From: a virus
Direction: 5' to 3' (one strand)
Length of the DNA: 64,000 nt
Virus record (IMG/VR): IMGVR_UViG_3300025087_000641
Coordinates: 41,405 to 105,404 of that record
The notes beneath the pieces are model-generated. The model was not told where the DNA came from. It searched no databases and saw nothing but the letters and a program-made list of their open reading frames with translations. The position numbers and the translations under genes are program-made. The number at the start of each line of letters is the position of its first letter. Positions within the stretch are counted from its first letter, which is position 1. Positions 38,453 through 47,825 of this stretch are shown in pieces.

Positions 38453-39940
38453 TTACGCGGAAATTTGGAGTGCGGCGAATGCCCACGGAGCGATAACCTG
38501 TCCACCCAACCGACGCCGAGCAAACAGAGCCACTTGGTTCTGTCCAGTAGTCGTGGTGTCCTCCACACGCTTCACGGTCATACCCACACGGTCAACGATG
38601 ATATATCCATCCCGCCAACTGCCAAAGATGTCCACATACGCATTGGCCGCGATAGCATCCATGTTCTCGGACTCGAAAGCCGCATATCCGAGAAGACTCT
38701 GGGGTTGGCCTGCTGTCAATCCAGCCGCCCAGATATACCGACCATCGCCATCCTTCAACTTGCGAGTATCCCGAAGAGTCGTGCGCGCCAGAACGTGAAC
38801 AGCATTGGCGCGATACTGTGCGGGCAAGGAGTACACAAGGTCAATGAACCCGTCAGCCGTCACCGCAGAGGCATTACCACTATTCACATCAGTTACGCCG
38901 GTAACAGGGGAGTTCTGCGCGCCGTTAGCACGATCACCCAACACACCGTAAGGCCGCCCAGCCCCAGTGCCAGTGAGAAATTGAGCATCCTCATCAACTG
39001 CCATCGCCTCAGCAAACAACCCACTCATAATTTCAAGCAGATTGAACGCAGAGTCTTCAAGCAGGTTCTGGGAGAGGTTAGTGCGGGCCATCACCGTATG
39101 CACGGGGATTCGCTTCATGCCAAAGGTCGGGTTGGTTTCAGCAACCGAGGCATTGGCAGGGGTTTCGTCAACCCACGTCACACGCACAGCCGAGGTGTAG
39201 ACATTGTTCCCGCCTTCCAGAGTCGGCCACTCAACGGCATCCCGCGTGGTCGTCACAACACGCGCACGCCCGCGAACCACCGTCACACCCATCAACCGCT
39301 TGATGATTTCAGTGCGATAGTCCTCTGGCACAAGGAACCCGCCGAGGTCGTTGGAGGCCTCTTCAAGAGTAGCCTTGATTTCGCCAACAGTGCGCCCAGC
39401 ATCAATTTCCGCCTTAATCATATCGGGGCGGAGAATGATATTCTTCGCAGAGGCGTGCAATAGCGCCGACTCGGTCGCACTCAGGCGATTCTCGCCAAAG
39501 CGAACATACTTCACAAACGCACCCATCTGATCGTGGCGTGCTTGATTGTAGTTGAACTTCGAGCCGTAGAGGTCGCTGATAACCGCTTTCGTGGCTGCAT
39601 CAGTTTCGCCATACTTGAGGGTCACAAACGATTTCAGACCATCACCCTCGCCCTCGGCATTAGTTCCGTCCTCGAAAGGGGGACGAACAGGCTCTTTCGC
39701 CTTCGCCTCAAGTTCTGCGTTCTTCTTCTCAAGGTCTGCAACTTTGGTTTCCTGCGCGGTCTTCTCTTCGTCCGCACGGGCTTCAATTTGCGCCTTGAGG
39801 GTTTCGGCTTGCACCTTCAATTTCTTGGCCTCTTCCTGCTTGGCCTTAGCCTCATCGAACTTGCTTTCACCGATGAGTTTTTCCGCATCGTCCAAGAGCG
39901 CCTTAATGGATGCGCGGAGAGCTTCGAGTTTTTCCTTCAT
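38453..39940 (-). CDS. Major capsid protein, HK97 fold, with N-terminal coiled-coil delta domain
   Basis: GGFLVPEDY..EII, WVDE, S.NLLEDSAFNL, EDAQFLTGTG..P.G, LKDGDGRYIW, LLGY, RRLGG. Confidence 0.95.
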   Translation of the reverse strand: MKEKLEALRASIKALLDDAEKLIGESKFDEAKAKQEEAKKLKVQAETLKAQIEARADEEKTAQETKVADLEKKNAELEAKAKEPVRPPFEDGTNAEGEGDGLKSFVTLKYGETDAATKAVISDLYGSKFNYNQARHDQMGAFVKYVRFGENRLSATESALLHASAKNIILRPDMIKAEIDAGRTVGEIKATLEEASNDLGGFLVPEDYRTEIIKRLMGVTVVRGRARVVTTTRDAVEWPTLEGGNNVYTSAVRVTWVDETPANASVAETNPTFGMKRIPVHTVMARTNLSQNLLEDSAFNLLEIMSGLFAEAMAVDEDAQFLTGTGAGRPYGVLGDRANGAQNSPVTGVTDVNSGNASAVTADGFIDLVYSLPAQYRANAVHVLARTTLRDTRKLKDGDGRYIWAAGLTAGQPQSLLGYAAFESENMDAIAANAYVDIFGSWRDGYIIVDRVGMTVKRVEDTTTTGQNQVALFARRRLGGQVIAPWAFAALQISA

Positions 39941-39956
39941 TTTCTCACTCCCTGAT

Positions 39957-41309
39957 TTAGACTAATTCCATTTCCAGTCTGGTTTGTTCGACTTCCGCTA
40001 AGAGTCGGGCTTTCTCGGCCCCTTGACCCACATCGGTGTCTTGGACGCCAAACTTCTTTAACACACACTCAAAGTCGGTACACCCGACTTCTTGATACGC
40101 TGTTTTTAGAACATTCACAGATTGCAACCTGTGTTCAGCAGGTGTCACCGTGCCAGTTATCTCAACTACCGGCCAGCGTGCTATCCTTCCGTTGTCCTCA
40201 ACCCTGCGAGACACTGGGAAGGTTTGCGTTGATGTCTTGAGGCGCTTTTCGGCTATGAGTTTCTTGACGCCACCCTCAACGAGTTTCTTGACATGCTCGG
40301 CATAATCTTTGGCCTTTTTCAGTTGAACTTCATACCACAGTCCAACATCATCCTTGACTAATGTATCTACTATGCCAACCACGGTCGTCTTGATAGTCTC
40401 ATCTAGGCCATGATGATAAAGATATGGCAACTTGCCTACCGCATCAAAGATTGTGGTCAATTCCTCTGTGTCTTTATCAAAAAATTCACCCGTGAGGTCT
40501 TTTCTGCTTTCATCTCCCCACAGAACTGCATACCCGCCGATTCTGTCCTCGCCTAAAGCCTTGACAGACAAATCAATGTCTTTGTTCATCATTTCGTGAT
40601 ACACCTCCATGTCTGCATCGTCCCCCATATCCTCGGGTGGCGTATCATCTGGGATGTATTCAATCTTGACTTTATTGGGTTCGCCTAAAGTAATCTCGTA
40701 TGTCTCGGCATCAATGCTGTATGAAACCTGATAGAGTCCTACTGGTGCTTTGATAATGGCAAAGTCAACAAATACATCTATCGGACAATAGGGCATGTCA
40801 TATTCGTCATCTGCCCCAGTTGCTTCCATCATCTTGTCCTTGACAGACTGACGAACTTTTTGCTCTAGGTCAAAGAGTGAGATGGTTTTCTTTGCGCCCT
40901 CTTTGCTTTCCGGCCATTTCAAGCCTGCCTTTTTATAAAGGCGTTTCAGTTTTGAAAGAGCCTCCTCTTTCCCCGGCCCCGCATATTTGTTTCCACGATA
41001 CCCAACCGTCAATGCGGCATGGGCAGCCCCGAGGAGGCGGGGGGAGAGTTTTCCATCTTTGTAAACTGGTAAGTGCTGTTTGCCATCTTCCTCAACTACA
41101 AGGAATTCTCTGTCTGGACGCTTTGTTGCCTTTATCTCTTCGCCAAAAAATTCAAAGGACTTGCCCTCTGCGGAATACAAAGCACGCATTTGGGCCATAG
41201 CCTTATCATGCGTAGGGTGGCATCCGTGGGACTTTCCCATCGGCTTACCATCATCCCCTTCTTTGTACACGCAATATTCTTTGTCTTTCTTGGCTATGAT
41301 GTATGGCAA
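39957..41309 (-). CDS. Prohead protease-like protein with long N-terminal extension
   Basis: GYAVLWG..DLTGEFF, YHHG, DDVGLWYE, WPVVEITGTVTPAE; directly upstream of the capsid gene; probable TTG start. Confidence 0.75.
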   Translation of the reverse strand: MPYIIAKKDKEYCVYKEGDDGKPMGKSHGCHPTHDKAMAQMRALYSAEGKSFEFFGEEIKATKRPDREFLVVEEDGKQHLPVYKDGKLSPRLLGAAHAALTVGYRGNKYAGPGKEEALSKLKRLYKKAGLKWPESKEGAKKTISLFDLEQKVRQSVKDKMMEATGADDEYDMPYCPIDVFVDFAIIKAPVGLYQVSYSIDAETYEITLGEPNKVKIEYIPDDTPPEDMGDDADMEVYHEMMNKDIDLSVKALGEDRIGGYAVLWGDESRKDLTGEFFDKDTEELTTIFDAVGKLPYLYHHGLDETIKTTVVGIVDTLVKDDVGLWYEVQLKKAKDYAEHVKKLVEGGVKKLIAEKRLKTSTQTFPVSRRVEDNGRIARWPVVEITGTVTPAEHRLQSVNVLKTAYQEVGCTDFECVLKKFGVQDTDVGQGAEKARLLAEVEQTRLEMELV

Positions 41310-41566
41310 CTTTGTATTCCGAGTTAAATGAAAACGCCCCACACTGATGCCGATGGCATACAATTGGGGCGCGAACGAATGTCGCAGGTTATTCGGTTAT
41401 GTCAATCAACTTACGACTTTATCACATATTTCCTGTTTGTCAAGGGGAGGATGCCACCACAAATTACTTGCACTTATTGGAATGTGCAGTTATTTTGTTA
41501 CATGGGTAATGCGAGGTATTAGTCAAATTTGTACAGTATGTCTCGGAAAGATAATTAGCGAAATCG

Positions 41567-41812
41567 CTAATTTAGTTTTCTCTTTATCTTGCCTCGTGCC
41601 TGTTTGTCTATGTTAATCCCACTTTGTTCTGCTGTTCTTGCGCGATTCCACCCCTGTTCTGCAAACTCCTCCAATTTCACAATTTCAAGGAGTTCTGCAT
41701 AATCCTCTCCGTTAGGCTTGCCCTTATAAATCTCTTCCCACTCATCATCAACCCGCTTAAGTTCGTCTCTCCAGCGATGCATGTTCATTGTTGTGCCTCT
41801 TTCACAAATCAA
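41567..41812 (-). CDS. Hypothetical protein
   Basis: Coupled ORF. Confidence 0.5.
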   Translation of the reverse strand: MICERGTTMNMHRWRDELKRVDDEWEEIYKGKPNGEDYAELLEIVKLEEFAEQGWNRARTAEQSGINIDKQARGKIKRKLN

Positions 41813-42023
41813 GATTGTTGTTATTCATATCTAATTCAACCGGCGGTAACACGTCAATATATACAACTCCAATGTGCTTTGCTAAACGTCCGGTTTGTAT
41901 ATTTCTATACAATATTCTGGTTCCATCACATCTTCTGCAAGTGCCATAATAATCCCATGCCCATTCCATCCCGGAAGAACACCAGCAAAATACTGTTTCC
42001 CAATTCTTATTCTCTTCTTCCAC
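41802..42023 (-). CDS. Hypothetical Cys-rich protein
   Basis: CWC..G / CRRCDG. Confidence 0.55.
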   Translation of the reverse strand: MEEENKNWETVFCWCSSGMEWAWDYYGTCRRCDGTRILYRNIQTGRLAKHIGVVYIDVLPPVELDMNNNNLDL

Positions 42024-42025
42024 GC

Positions 42026-42934
42026 TTATGCCTCTTTCACAAAATAGTATTTCCCGTTGAATGGATCACGCATTCTGCGAACATACTTGTCTGCCATGTA
42101 TTCATCTATCGCCTTACGTGCTCCCGGAAAATAATAATTCTCGAAACTATTTGCATATTCGTCAACGGCTATTACGCCACCAGCTGAAACTTTCGGATAG
42201 AATGCCTCAAGGCACAATTTGTAACTATCATGTAGATCACAGTCTAAATGGAGTAGTGCAATCTTGTCTCCCGTATAGAGTCCGAGACATTTATCAAACC
42301 ACCCCTGAATGAGTGTAACATGAGTAGCCATCCATGCCTTTGGAATACCGAACCAGCCGAATGTATCTCGTAACATCCTTAGTGGACTCACACCCATTCT
42401 TTCTTCGGAATAGGTGTCGCCCTTGACAGTTGCACGAGGGCTATCATCCTCTTTTGTTGGTGCAGGCCATCCCTCAAAAGAATCAATTCCCCAGAGTCGC
42501 CTAGTGGGTTGCTCAACGCTAGTAATAGCAGATATATGGAGTAATGATTCGCCCCATCCGACGCCACATTCAACTATATCGCCCTCAATGTCTTTGACCG
42601 AATTCATGAGTCTGTGGAAGTACATAAACTTTGTCGTTGGCACAAATCCGAGAAGGGGAGCGATTGAAATTGCGTGTAATTGTTCCCACTTCTCAACGGG
42701 CCTTGATTCATAATTCCGAATCTTATCGCCAAGCGTGTCAAGCAAGGCATATCCAATCTTGAGAATGACTGGATATGACAATTTGTATGCCATCTCATCA
42801 AAAATCTCAAATTTCTCGGCACACTTCTTCCCGAATTCACCGAATAGTTTTGGCTCCTCACCACAAACGACACATCGGTTTGCATCTTCAGTGAGTACGG
42901 GAGACCTAATGTCAACGCTTTTCCACCCGTTCAT
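42026..42934 (-). CDS. TylF/MycF-family O-methyltransferase (second copy)
   Basis: EGDIVECGVGWG, WGIDSFEG, GWFDK, IALLHLDCDLHDS, GGVIAVDEY. Confidence 0.9.
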   Translation of the reverse strand: MNGWKSVDIRSPVLTEDANRCVVCGEEPKLFGEFGKKCAEKFEIFDEMAYKLSYPVILKIGYALLDTLGDKIRNYESRPVEKWEQLHAISIAPLLGFVPTTKFMYFHRLMNSVKDIEGDIVECGVGWGESLLHISAITSVEQPTRRLWGIDSFEGWPAPTKEDDSPRATVKGDTYSEERMGVSPLRMLRDTFGWFGIPKAWMATHVTLIQGWFDKCLGLYTGDKIALLHLDCDLHDSYKLCLEAFYPKVSAGGVIAVDEYANSFENYYFPGARKAIDEYMADKYVRRMRDPFNGKYYFVKEA

Positions 42935-42954
42935 ATTCTCGGTTTCTTCGGGAA

Positions 42955-44274
42955 TTACAATGGCAATCTTTCTGGCAAGTCAGCATAAATCCATCTTGAC
43001 TTATCATAGAATGCCTCGTATTCCTCCACCAATCCACCCGCCCGGCATTTGGTCTTGAGATAATGCTGTCTTTCTGGCACATCGGAAATACGAGTCTGGA
43101 ATGATTGGTCTGCCGAATGTCTTACCGCGCCACTCCCGTATGGGCCAGGAACAATATGGCGAGGATTCTTCTGGTATGCCATCGCCTCAGCATTGCTCAT
43201 CTGGAAATTGCCATGCAGACTCTTCTTTGTGGTATGTGCCATTTCCTCGCAGTCTGCCGAGAATGCGCCGAGGGCATACTTCAAATCCCTCTTGGAGTCC
43301 ATGTCCTCTGGGCCAATATAGTCAATAATCAATAGGTCAGGGTCGTCCCACGAAATCACATTCCGTATCTGATTGAAATATTTCCAACTGTAGACTCTCC
43401 CATAAGCATCTAACGCCTCAACCCACCCCTGATAGATGAATTGGCGAACTTTCTCATCGTGCCATGCGCCAATAGCATTTCCAGTGGAATCGTAGATGGT
43501 AATTGGACTTCCATGTTCATCTAGCATTGCTGGTTGCGCCCTACAGACTCCAGAATTGACCTCGTTGAGTGTTAAATGAGTCAATCCAAGCAAGAGTCGT
43601 GAGGCAACTTGCTGTTGATTCTCCTTTGAGATAAATGTCACTCGGTGCTGTTGCTCTACAGCATCACAGCCAAGAGAATATCCCGTCGTCGTCTTGCCGC
43701 GCCCCGACTCCCCAATCCAGACAGTCCACCATCCCGCCCGATGTCCGCCACCGTCTCCAGCATTGCCCTCGGTCATCTTATTGAAGAATTTTAGTTTGCT
43801 TCTGAAAAGAACAGGTGGAACTATTGGCCCGCGATGGGCGGATGGGCGAGGATCATATGCCTTTGCGTGAATGGTGAGTGATTGCAACCTCTGTGCGAAT
43901 ACTGGCAACCACTGCGAGATTTCTTTATCTTTGTCGCTACGCAACTCCAATGCACGTCTTACAAGTTTGTCAACCTCGCCTTGAAGATAATGGTCACGAA
44001 CTCTTTTGACTACATCCTCTGGTGGAACATCTCCTGTCCCATTTAAACTAAAAATGGACTTGACAGATTCGGAATCCTGTAATTTCCCAGATGCTCTCAC
44101 CATCAGCGCCAAGAGATTGATTTTTTTCTTCTCTCTCAGCAACCCAACTGCGGCATCGTAAAGCACTCGCGCATCATTGTCTGGAATACCATCCGACTTC
44201 AATCCGAGATGCAATAGAGTCTCGGTATAGTTGTGCGATATGCTCGTGATGACCGCCTTGCTGATGTCGTCCAT
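42955..44274 (-). CDS. DnaB/RecA-family (SF4-like) helicase
   Basis: Walker A GESGRGKTT, FISKE, Walker B LLIIDY, GSGAVRHSAD, KCR. Confidence 0.78.
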   Translation of the reverse strand: MDDISKAVITSISHNYTETLLHLGLKSDGIPDNDARVLYDAAVGLLREKKKINLLALMVRASGKLQDSESVKSIFSLNGTGDVPPEDVVKRVRDHYLQGEVDKLVRRALELRSDKDKEISQWLPVFAQRLQSLTIHAKAYDPRPSAHRGPIVPPVLFRSKLKFFNKMTEGNAGDGGGHRAGWWTVWIGESGRGKTTTGYSLGCDAVEQQHRVTFISKENQQQVASRLLLGLTHLTLNEVNSGVCRAQPAMLDEHGSPITIYDSTGNAIGAWHDEKVRQFIYQGWVEALDAYGRVYSWKYFNQIRNVISWDDPDLLIIDYIGPEDMDSKRDLKYALGAFSADCEEMAHTTKKSLHGNFQMSNAEAMAYQKNPRHIVPGPYGSGAVRHSADQSFQTRISDVPERQHYLKTKCRAGGLVEEYEAFYDKSRWIYADLPERLPL

Positions 44275-44276
44275 AT

Positions 44277-44708
44277 TTAGAATTCCATTTGTTGAATGAC
44301 TTTCGCGGGGACTGTTGGAACGACAACCATTGTAACAGGTTCTTCTGGATATGCAACCCGTCCCGTGTCTTTTTCCCATTCTTTAACCTCCGCGAGGTTC
44401 CAATGTGGCGGAGGTGTGTTCAGATAACTCAGATATTGTTCATAATACGGCGGATGTCCCCACATGACAACGTACATTGACTCTACTTTTCCACCGGAAT
44501 AGTCAAATTTGCACAAACGTAGTGCTTGGATTGTCGCCCAAACAATATCTGGGTCTAGTGGCTTGTCGCCGTTCTTTGGATTACAGAGTCTTTTTGCTTC
44601 TGCGGCATAGCGACGAAAAAGGCGTTGGTCACTGAAATCGGAATGGCCCAACACCTCCGTATAGAATCTTAGTGCAAGTCTAGTTACTGGCCCTACTTTG
44701 CGAGGCAT
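44277..44708 (-). CDS. Hypothetical protein, possible helicase loader/initiator
   Basis: Directly upstream of the helicase; role inferred from position only. Confidence 0.55.
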   Translation of the reverse strand: MPRKVGPVTRLALRFYTEVLGHSDFSDQRLFRRYAAEAKRLCNPKNGDKPLDPDIVWATIQALRLCKFDYSGGKVESMYVVMWGHPPYYEQYLSYLNTPPPHWNLAEVKEWEKDTGRVAYPEEPVTMVVVPTVPAKVIQQMEF

Positions 44709-44866
44709 ATTACATCTTTATCTAATCTGGTTGAAAGGATATTGAGAATGGACGAAATGTTACAAGCCACCAGCCAAGCCAAATATATTTGCAAATCTCA
44801 TTCATTCCCCAATGAAAGTACAGGGGGACTGTCCACCAATAATTATGGGTGATTTTCATTGATATA

Positions 44867-45064
44867 TTAGTCCTCATCCTTCCAGAACGGAAGATTCGGG
44901 TCGTACCATTCATCCCCTATAGAATTGTACTTCTTTGGAACAGTTACACCTATGTCCCAATGTTCTATGGGAGTCTTTGGCTTGCTGTTTGAGATGCGAC
45001 GACTTATAGTTTCATCCCATACAATCGCCACAACAACACATACAAGAAGGAGCCAGCCAATCAT
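44867..45064 (-). CDS. Small membrane protein
   Basis: N-terminal TM MIGWLLLVCVVVAIVW. Confidence 0.5.
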   Translation of the reverse strand: MIGWLLLVCVVVAIVWDETISRRISNSKPKTPIEHWDIGVTVPKKYNSIGDEWYDPNLPFWKDED

Positions 45065-45166
45065 GTCTGTTGCCTAAAATGTTCAGAAACAACAATTTCC
45101 CCGCATTTGTATAACCCGTCCTTGCTATCAGATATTGCAACCAGTTTTGGCCTGTTGGTTGAATTG

Positions 45167-45367
45167 TTAATCTCTGTAAGTATAAGCATTCTTATCGCCC
45201 AATACTGTCTGTAATTGTGCCACTGCTAATTTTGCGCGTCTCAATTCGTTTATCAGAACATCTCGTTCTTTTGACTCTGGAATCTTGTCAACCTTTAGTA
45301 AGGCGCGGAAGATGTCTTGGCGTATCTTATTGGCAGTATCAATCTCGGCGCTTTTTGGCTTTGCCAT
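45167..45367 (-). CDS. Hypothetical protein
   Basis: Start MAKPKSAE. Confidence 0.5.
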   Translation of the reverse strand: MAKPKSAEIDTANKIRQDIFRALLKVDKIPESKERDVLINELRRAKLAVAQLQTVLGDKNAYTYRD

Positions 45368-45599
45368 TTTGTGTCTTTCTAATAACAAGAAGCCTATTTC
45401 CGTTTTTACCAGCAACTCTAATCAATTCCCATTTACCAGTTCTTGCAAGTTGTTCTCCACGCCTTCTTGCCGTATTCCATCCACAATCCCATTGTGCCAT
45501 CAACTGGCAAAGTGTAATGTCGCTTGACAACTGTGGTGGCAATACGTCCAAGTCGGCCCCCATCTCAGATATAATATCTTCAATGGTCAGTTCTGTCAT
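45339..45599 (-). CDS. Hypothetical, possibly winged-HTH
   Basis: TLCQLMAQWDCGWNTARRR helix-turn-helix-like. Confidence 0.5.
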   Translation of the reverse strand: MTELTIEDIISEMGADLDVLPPQLSSDITLCQLMAQWDCGWNTARRRGEQLARTGKWELIRVAGKNGNRLLVIRKTQNGKAKKRRD

Positions 45600-46453
45600 T
45601 TGAACTCAGCAACGGAACTCTGCGAAATTGGAAGTATCATAAACTCGAATCCCGTTACCTCTCCATCGTCAATGTCAACGATTAGTCCGCCAACATCTGC
45701 GATGTCCTCATGGCTAACGACTCTGTGGGCATATTCCGTTTTCCATTGCCAGGCTGGAGTGATAAACGAATGGCAGGTATGTCCATAATCATTACAGGTT
45801 TCATGTACCTTGTGGTGAATGTGACTTCTAACCAGCACATCGGGCAGTTTTGTGTCTACACCCTTTCCCCTAGACACTAGGCCATCAAGTACAATCGTGC
45901 GTGTATATGACCTCAATTCGTTACCGTAAGTCCATATTCTCCTTCCAGAACTTGGGCCGTGATGGGCTATATTCATCTCCACGCCATAGACATTTAGCAT
46001 GAGATGATACATGCTCCGAGTACCAACCATCTGTCCGTTAACCCTGTTGGATTTCAACTTCTGTGCTATTGATTCATCGCCTGTTCCAGATGGTTGAACA
46101 TGGGCGGGTGTTCCCCTAACCACATAGGTCGCATTTGCTTTTTCTGTGTGCCTGACAAAAATATCTGTTGCGACTCTTGCTTGGTCAAATAGGGATTTTG
46201 ACCATATCTGATTTGTGGCATGATGGTCTCCGTCAATCAGGTCGCCATTGAAAACAAGAATTGTCTTTCTTGACTTCGCTCGCCGCCACACAGAGGGCCA
46301 GAATTCCCTTTCCCAGAATTTCCATGCCTCTTTCTGGAGTCTGTTTGGCGTATATTCTCCTCCGTCATCCAGATACACTACTGGAGGGCACAACCCAACC
46401 GTCGAACCTACATGATGGTCTGAGGTTACGACGACCTGCGCTGATTTTTTCAC
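45596..46453 (-). CDS. Calcineurin-like metallophosphoesterase
   Basis: SDHHVGS, NGDLIDG, RGT.AH, AHH, RSHIH. Confidence 0.82.
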   Translation of the reverse strand: MKKSAQVVVTSDHHVGSTVGLCPPVVYLDDGGEYTPNRLQKEAWKFWEREFWPSVWRRAKSRKTILVFNGDLIDGDHHATNQIWSKSLFDQARVATDIFVRHTEKANATYVVRGTPAHVQPSGTGDESIAQKLKSNRVNGQMVGTRSMYHLMLNVYGVEMNIAHHGPSSGRRIWTYGNELRSYTRTIVLDGLVSRGKGVDTKLPDVLVRSHIHHKVHETCNDYGHTCHSFITPAWQWKTEYAHRVVSHEDIADVGGLIVDIDDGEVTGFEFMILPISQSSVAEFK

Positions 46454-46726
46454 TTATAAAAGTTCCCGACCAGGTATCCTCATCAGCCCAAGTTCATCCA
46501 ATGATAGAACACTGGTATGGTACTGCTTATCGTGACGTTCCTCAACTACAAGACATTCCCCAATTACGGAGAAAATCTTTCTATGACAGTGTTTACATTC
46601 AACCCGACTACCCCCAGATGGGACTATGGTTGCCATATACCCGACTGTTTGAAACAACTTCTCCGCCAGAGAAGCAGCCCCCGACTCCTTCTGTGGCGGA
46701 GAGATGATAGATGCCGAAGATAGCAT
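46454..46726 (-). CDS. Zn-ribbon hypothetical protein
   Basis: VECKHCHRKIF..RH..H. Confidence 0.55.
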   Translation of the reverse strand: MLSSASIISPPQKESGAASLAEKLFQTVGYMATIVPSGGSRVECKHCHRKIFSVIGECLVVEERHDKQYHTSVLSLDELGLMRIPGRELL

Positions 46727-46938
46727 TATTGTCCTTTAGGCATAAATCGCTGTTGGATGACACTCCGTAATCTGACTTGCAATGCAGCGGCTTTTGCCTC
46801 TGGTACTTGCTCAAGATTGATGTCATTGTGCTCAAAAAGGTCAACAAGTGATTCTATCTCGGAATACGAGAGCGGTCTTTTCACAATCCACTTTATTGCC
46901 GCCACAATTGCAAACAGAACATCTAATACGTCGCTCAT
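46726..46938 (-). CDS. Hypothetical protein
   Basis: RBS GGAG; coupled. Confidence 0.55.
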   Translation of the reverse strand: MSDVLDVLFAIVAAIKWIVKRPLSYSEIESLVDLFEHNDINLEQVPEAKAAALQVRLRSVIQQRFMPKGQ

Positions 46939-46978
46939 TTTCTTGTATATTCTCCGTTAGGTCAATAGTTACAGGGTA

Positions 46979-47209
46979 CTAATGACATAATGTAATGTCT
47001 GGTGTGTCTTTGTCTTCTGGTGTTATGACTTTCAATTCAATGTCTCCGGCGAATACAACGCCTTTTACGCCAAGCGGACGAAAGACTTCATCCAGTATAT
47101 GTTGCAACTCAAAAATTTCCATATGCGATACATCTTCTCTAACAATAACGGCAAGAACATCGCCATTCTTTAGCTGCAACTTATCTATTTCTATCTTTTC
47201 AATTTCCAT
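46979..47209 (-). CDS. Hypothetical protein
   Basis: KLQLKNGDVLAV..; coupled to the gp10-like gene. Confidence 0.6.
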   Translation of the reverse strand: MEIEKIEIDKLQLKNGDVLAVIVREDVSHMEIFELQHILDEVFRPLGVKGVVFAGDIELKVITPEDKDTPDITLCH

Positions 47210-47683
47210 TTAGAACCCCGCAATCCTTAGAACTTTCTCAACGCCACTTCTGAATATCTGGACTACTCCTTGCTCTACGTCATTCTTAATCCTTTCTATG
47301 TTGCGCCAATTACGCATTTTGTGGAACCATGTCTGCTTTACAACACCATGAACCCACGGCGCATAACTCGCCTTGTTCTCTACAACACCTTGAACGCCAT
47401 CACCCCTTTCACTAACCATCCTATCCCACCGCAGATTCAGTTGTTCGCTTTCTCCGCGATTATACTTCTCATATTGAGTACCCCTGCCTCGGATGTAGTA
47501 GGGCGGAGGAGGAGCATTGGCTTCTGTTTCGTCAGGATAGACAGCCGCATTCGTCGCCACATATTTAGTGGCGTCGTGCATTCCTCCAAGCATAGCAGTT
47601 TTGCGAATCAAATCACCTGCCATTTTCAACCTCTTGGCGAGTTGGTCTGCCCCATCAATCTTGATGTCAATGACTACTGGCAT
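47210..47683 (-). CDS. HK97 gp10-like neck protein
   Basis: IKIDGADQLAKRL; VENKASYAPWVHG. Confidence 0.65.
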   Translation of the reverse strand: MPVVIDIKIDGADQLAKRLKMAGDLIRKTAMLGGMHDATKYVATNAAVYPDETEANAPPPPYYIRGRGTQYEKYNRGESEQLNLRWDRMVSERGDGVQGVVENKASYAPWVHGVVKQTWFHKMRNWRNIERIKNDVEQGVVQIFRSGVEKVLRIAGF

Positions 47684-47696
47684 GTTAATCTCTATG

Positions 47697-47822
47697 TTGC
47701 ATAATATCACAATTTATTGTAAAATCAATGTGGGCTTGAGATGTCTTGCTAACATCTGACAAATCCGAAACCTGTATCGGAAGCCCCGTTATCCCCAACA
47801 GGCCATCATTAACAGGAATGGC
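47697..47822 (+). promoter_or_regulatory. Promoter plus structured leader of the second DUF559 endonuclease
   Basis: TTGCAT-N17-TAAAAT; three-way junction and RBS-covering hairpin (see findings). Confidence 0.55.
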
Positions 47823-47825
47823 GAA

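Noticed and set aside
38465-39463. 332-aa + strand ORF and similar long antisense ORFs (26824-27723, 13074-13700, 16959-17570)
   Set aside because: Shadows of well-supported genes on the opposite strand; no motifs.
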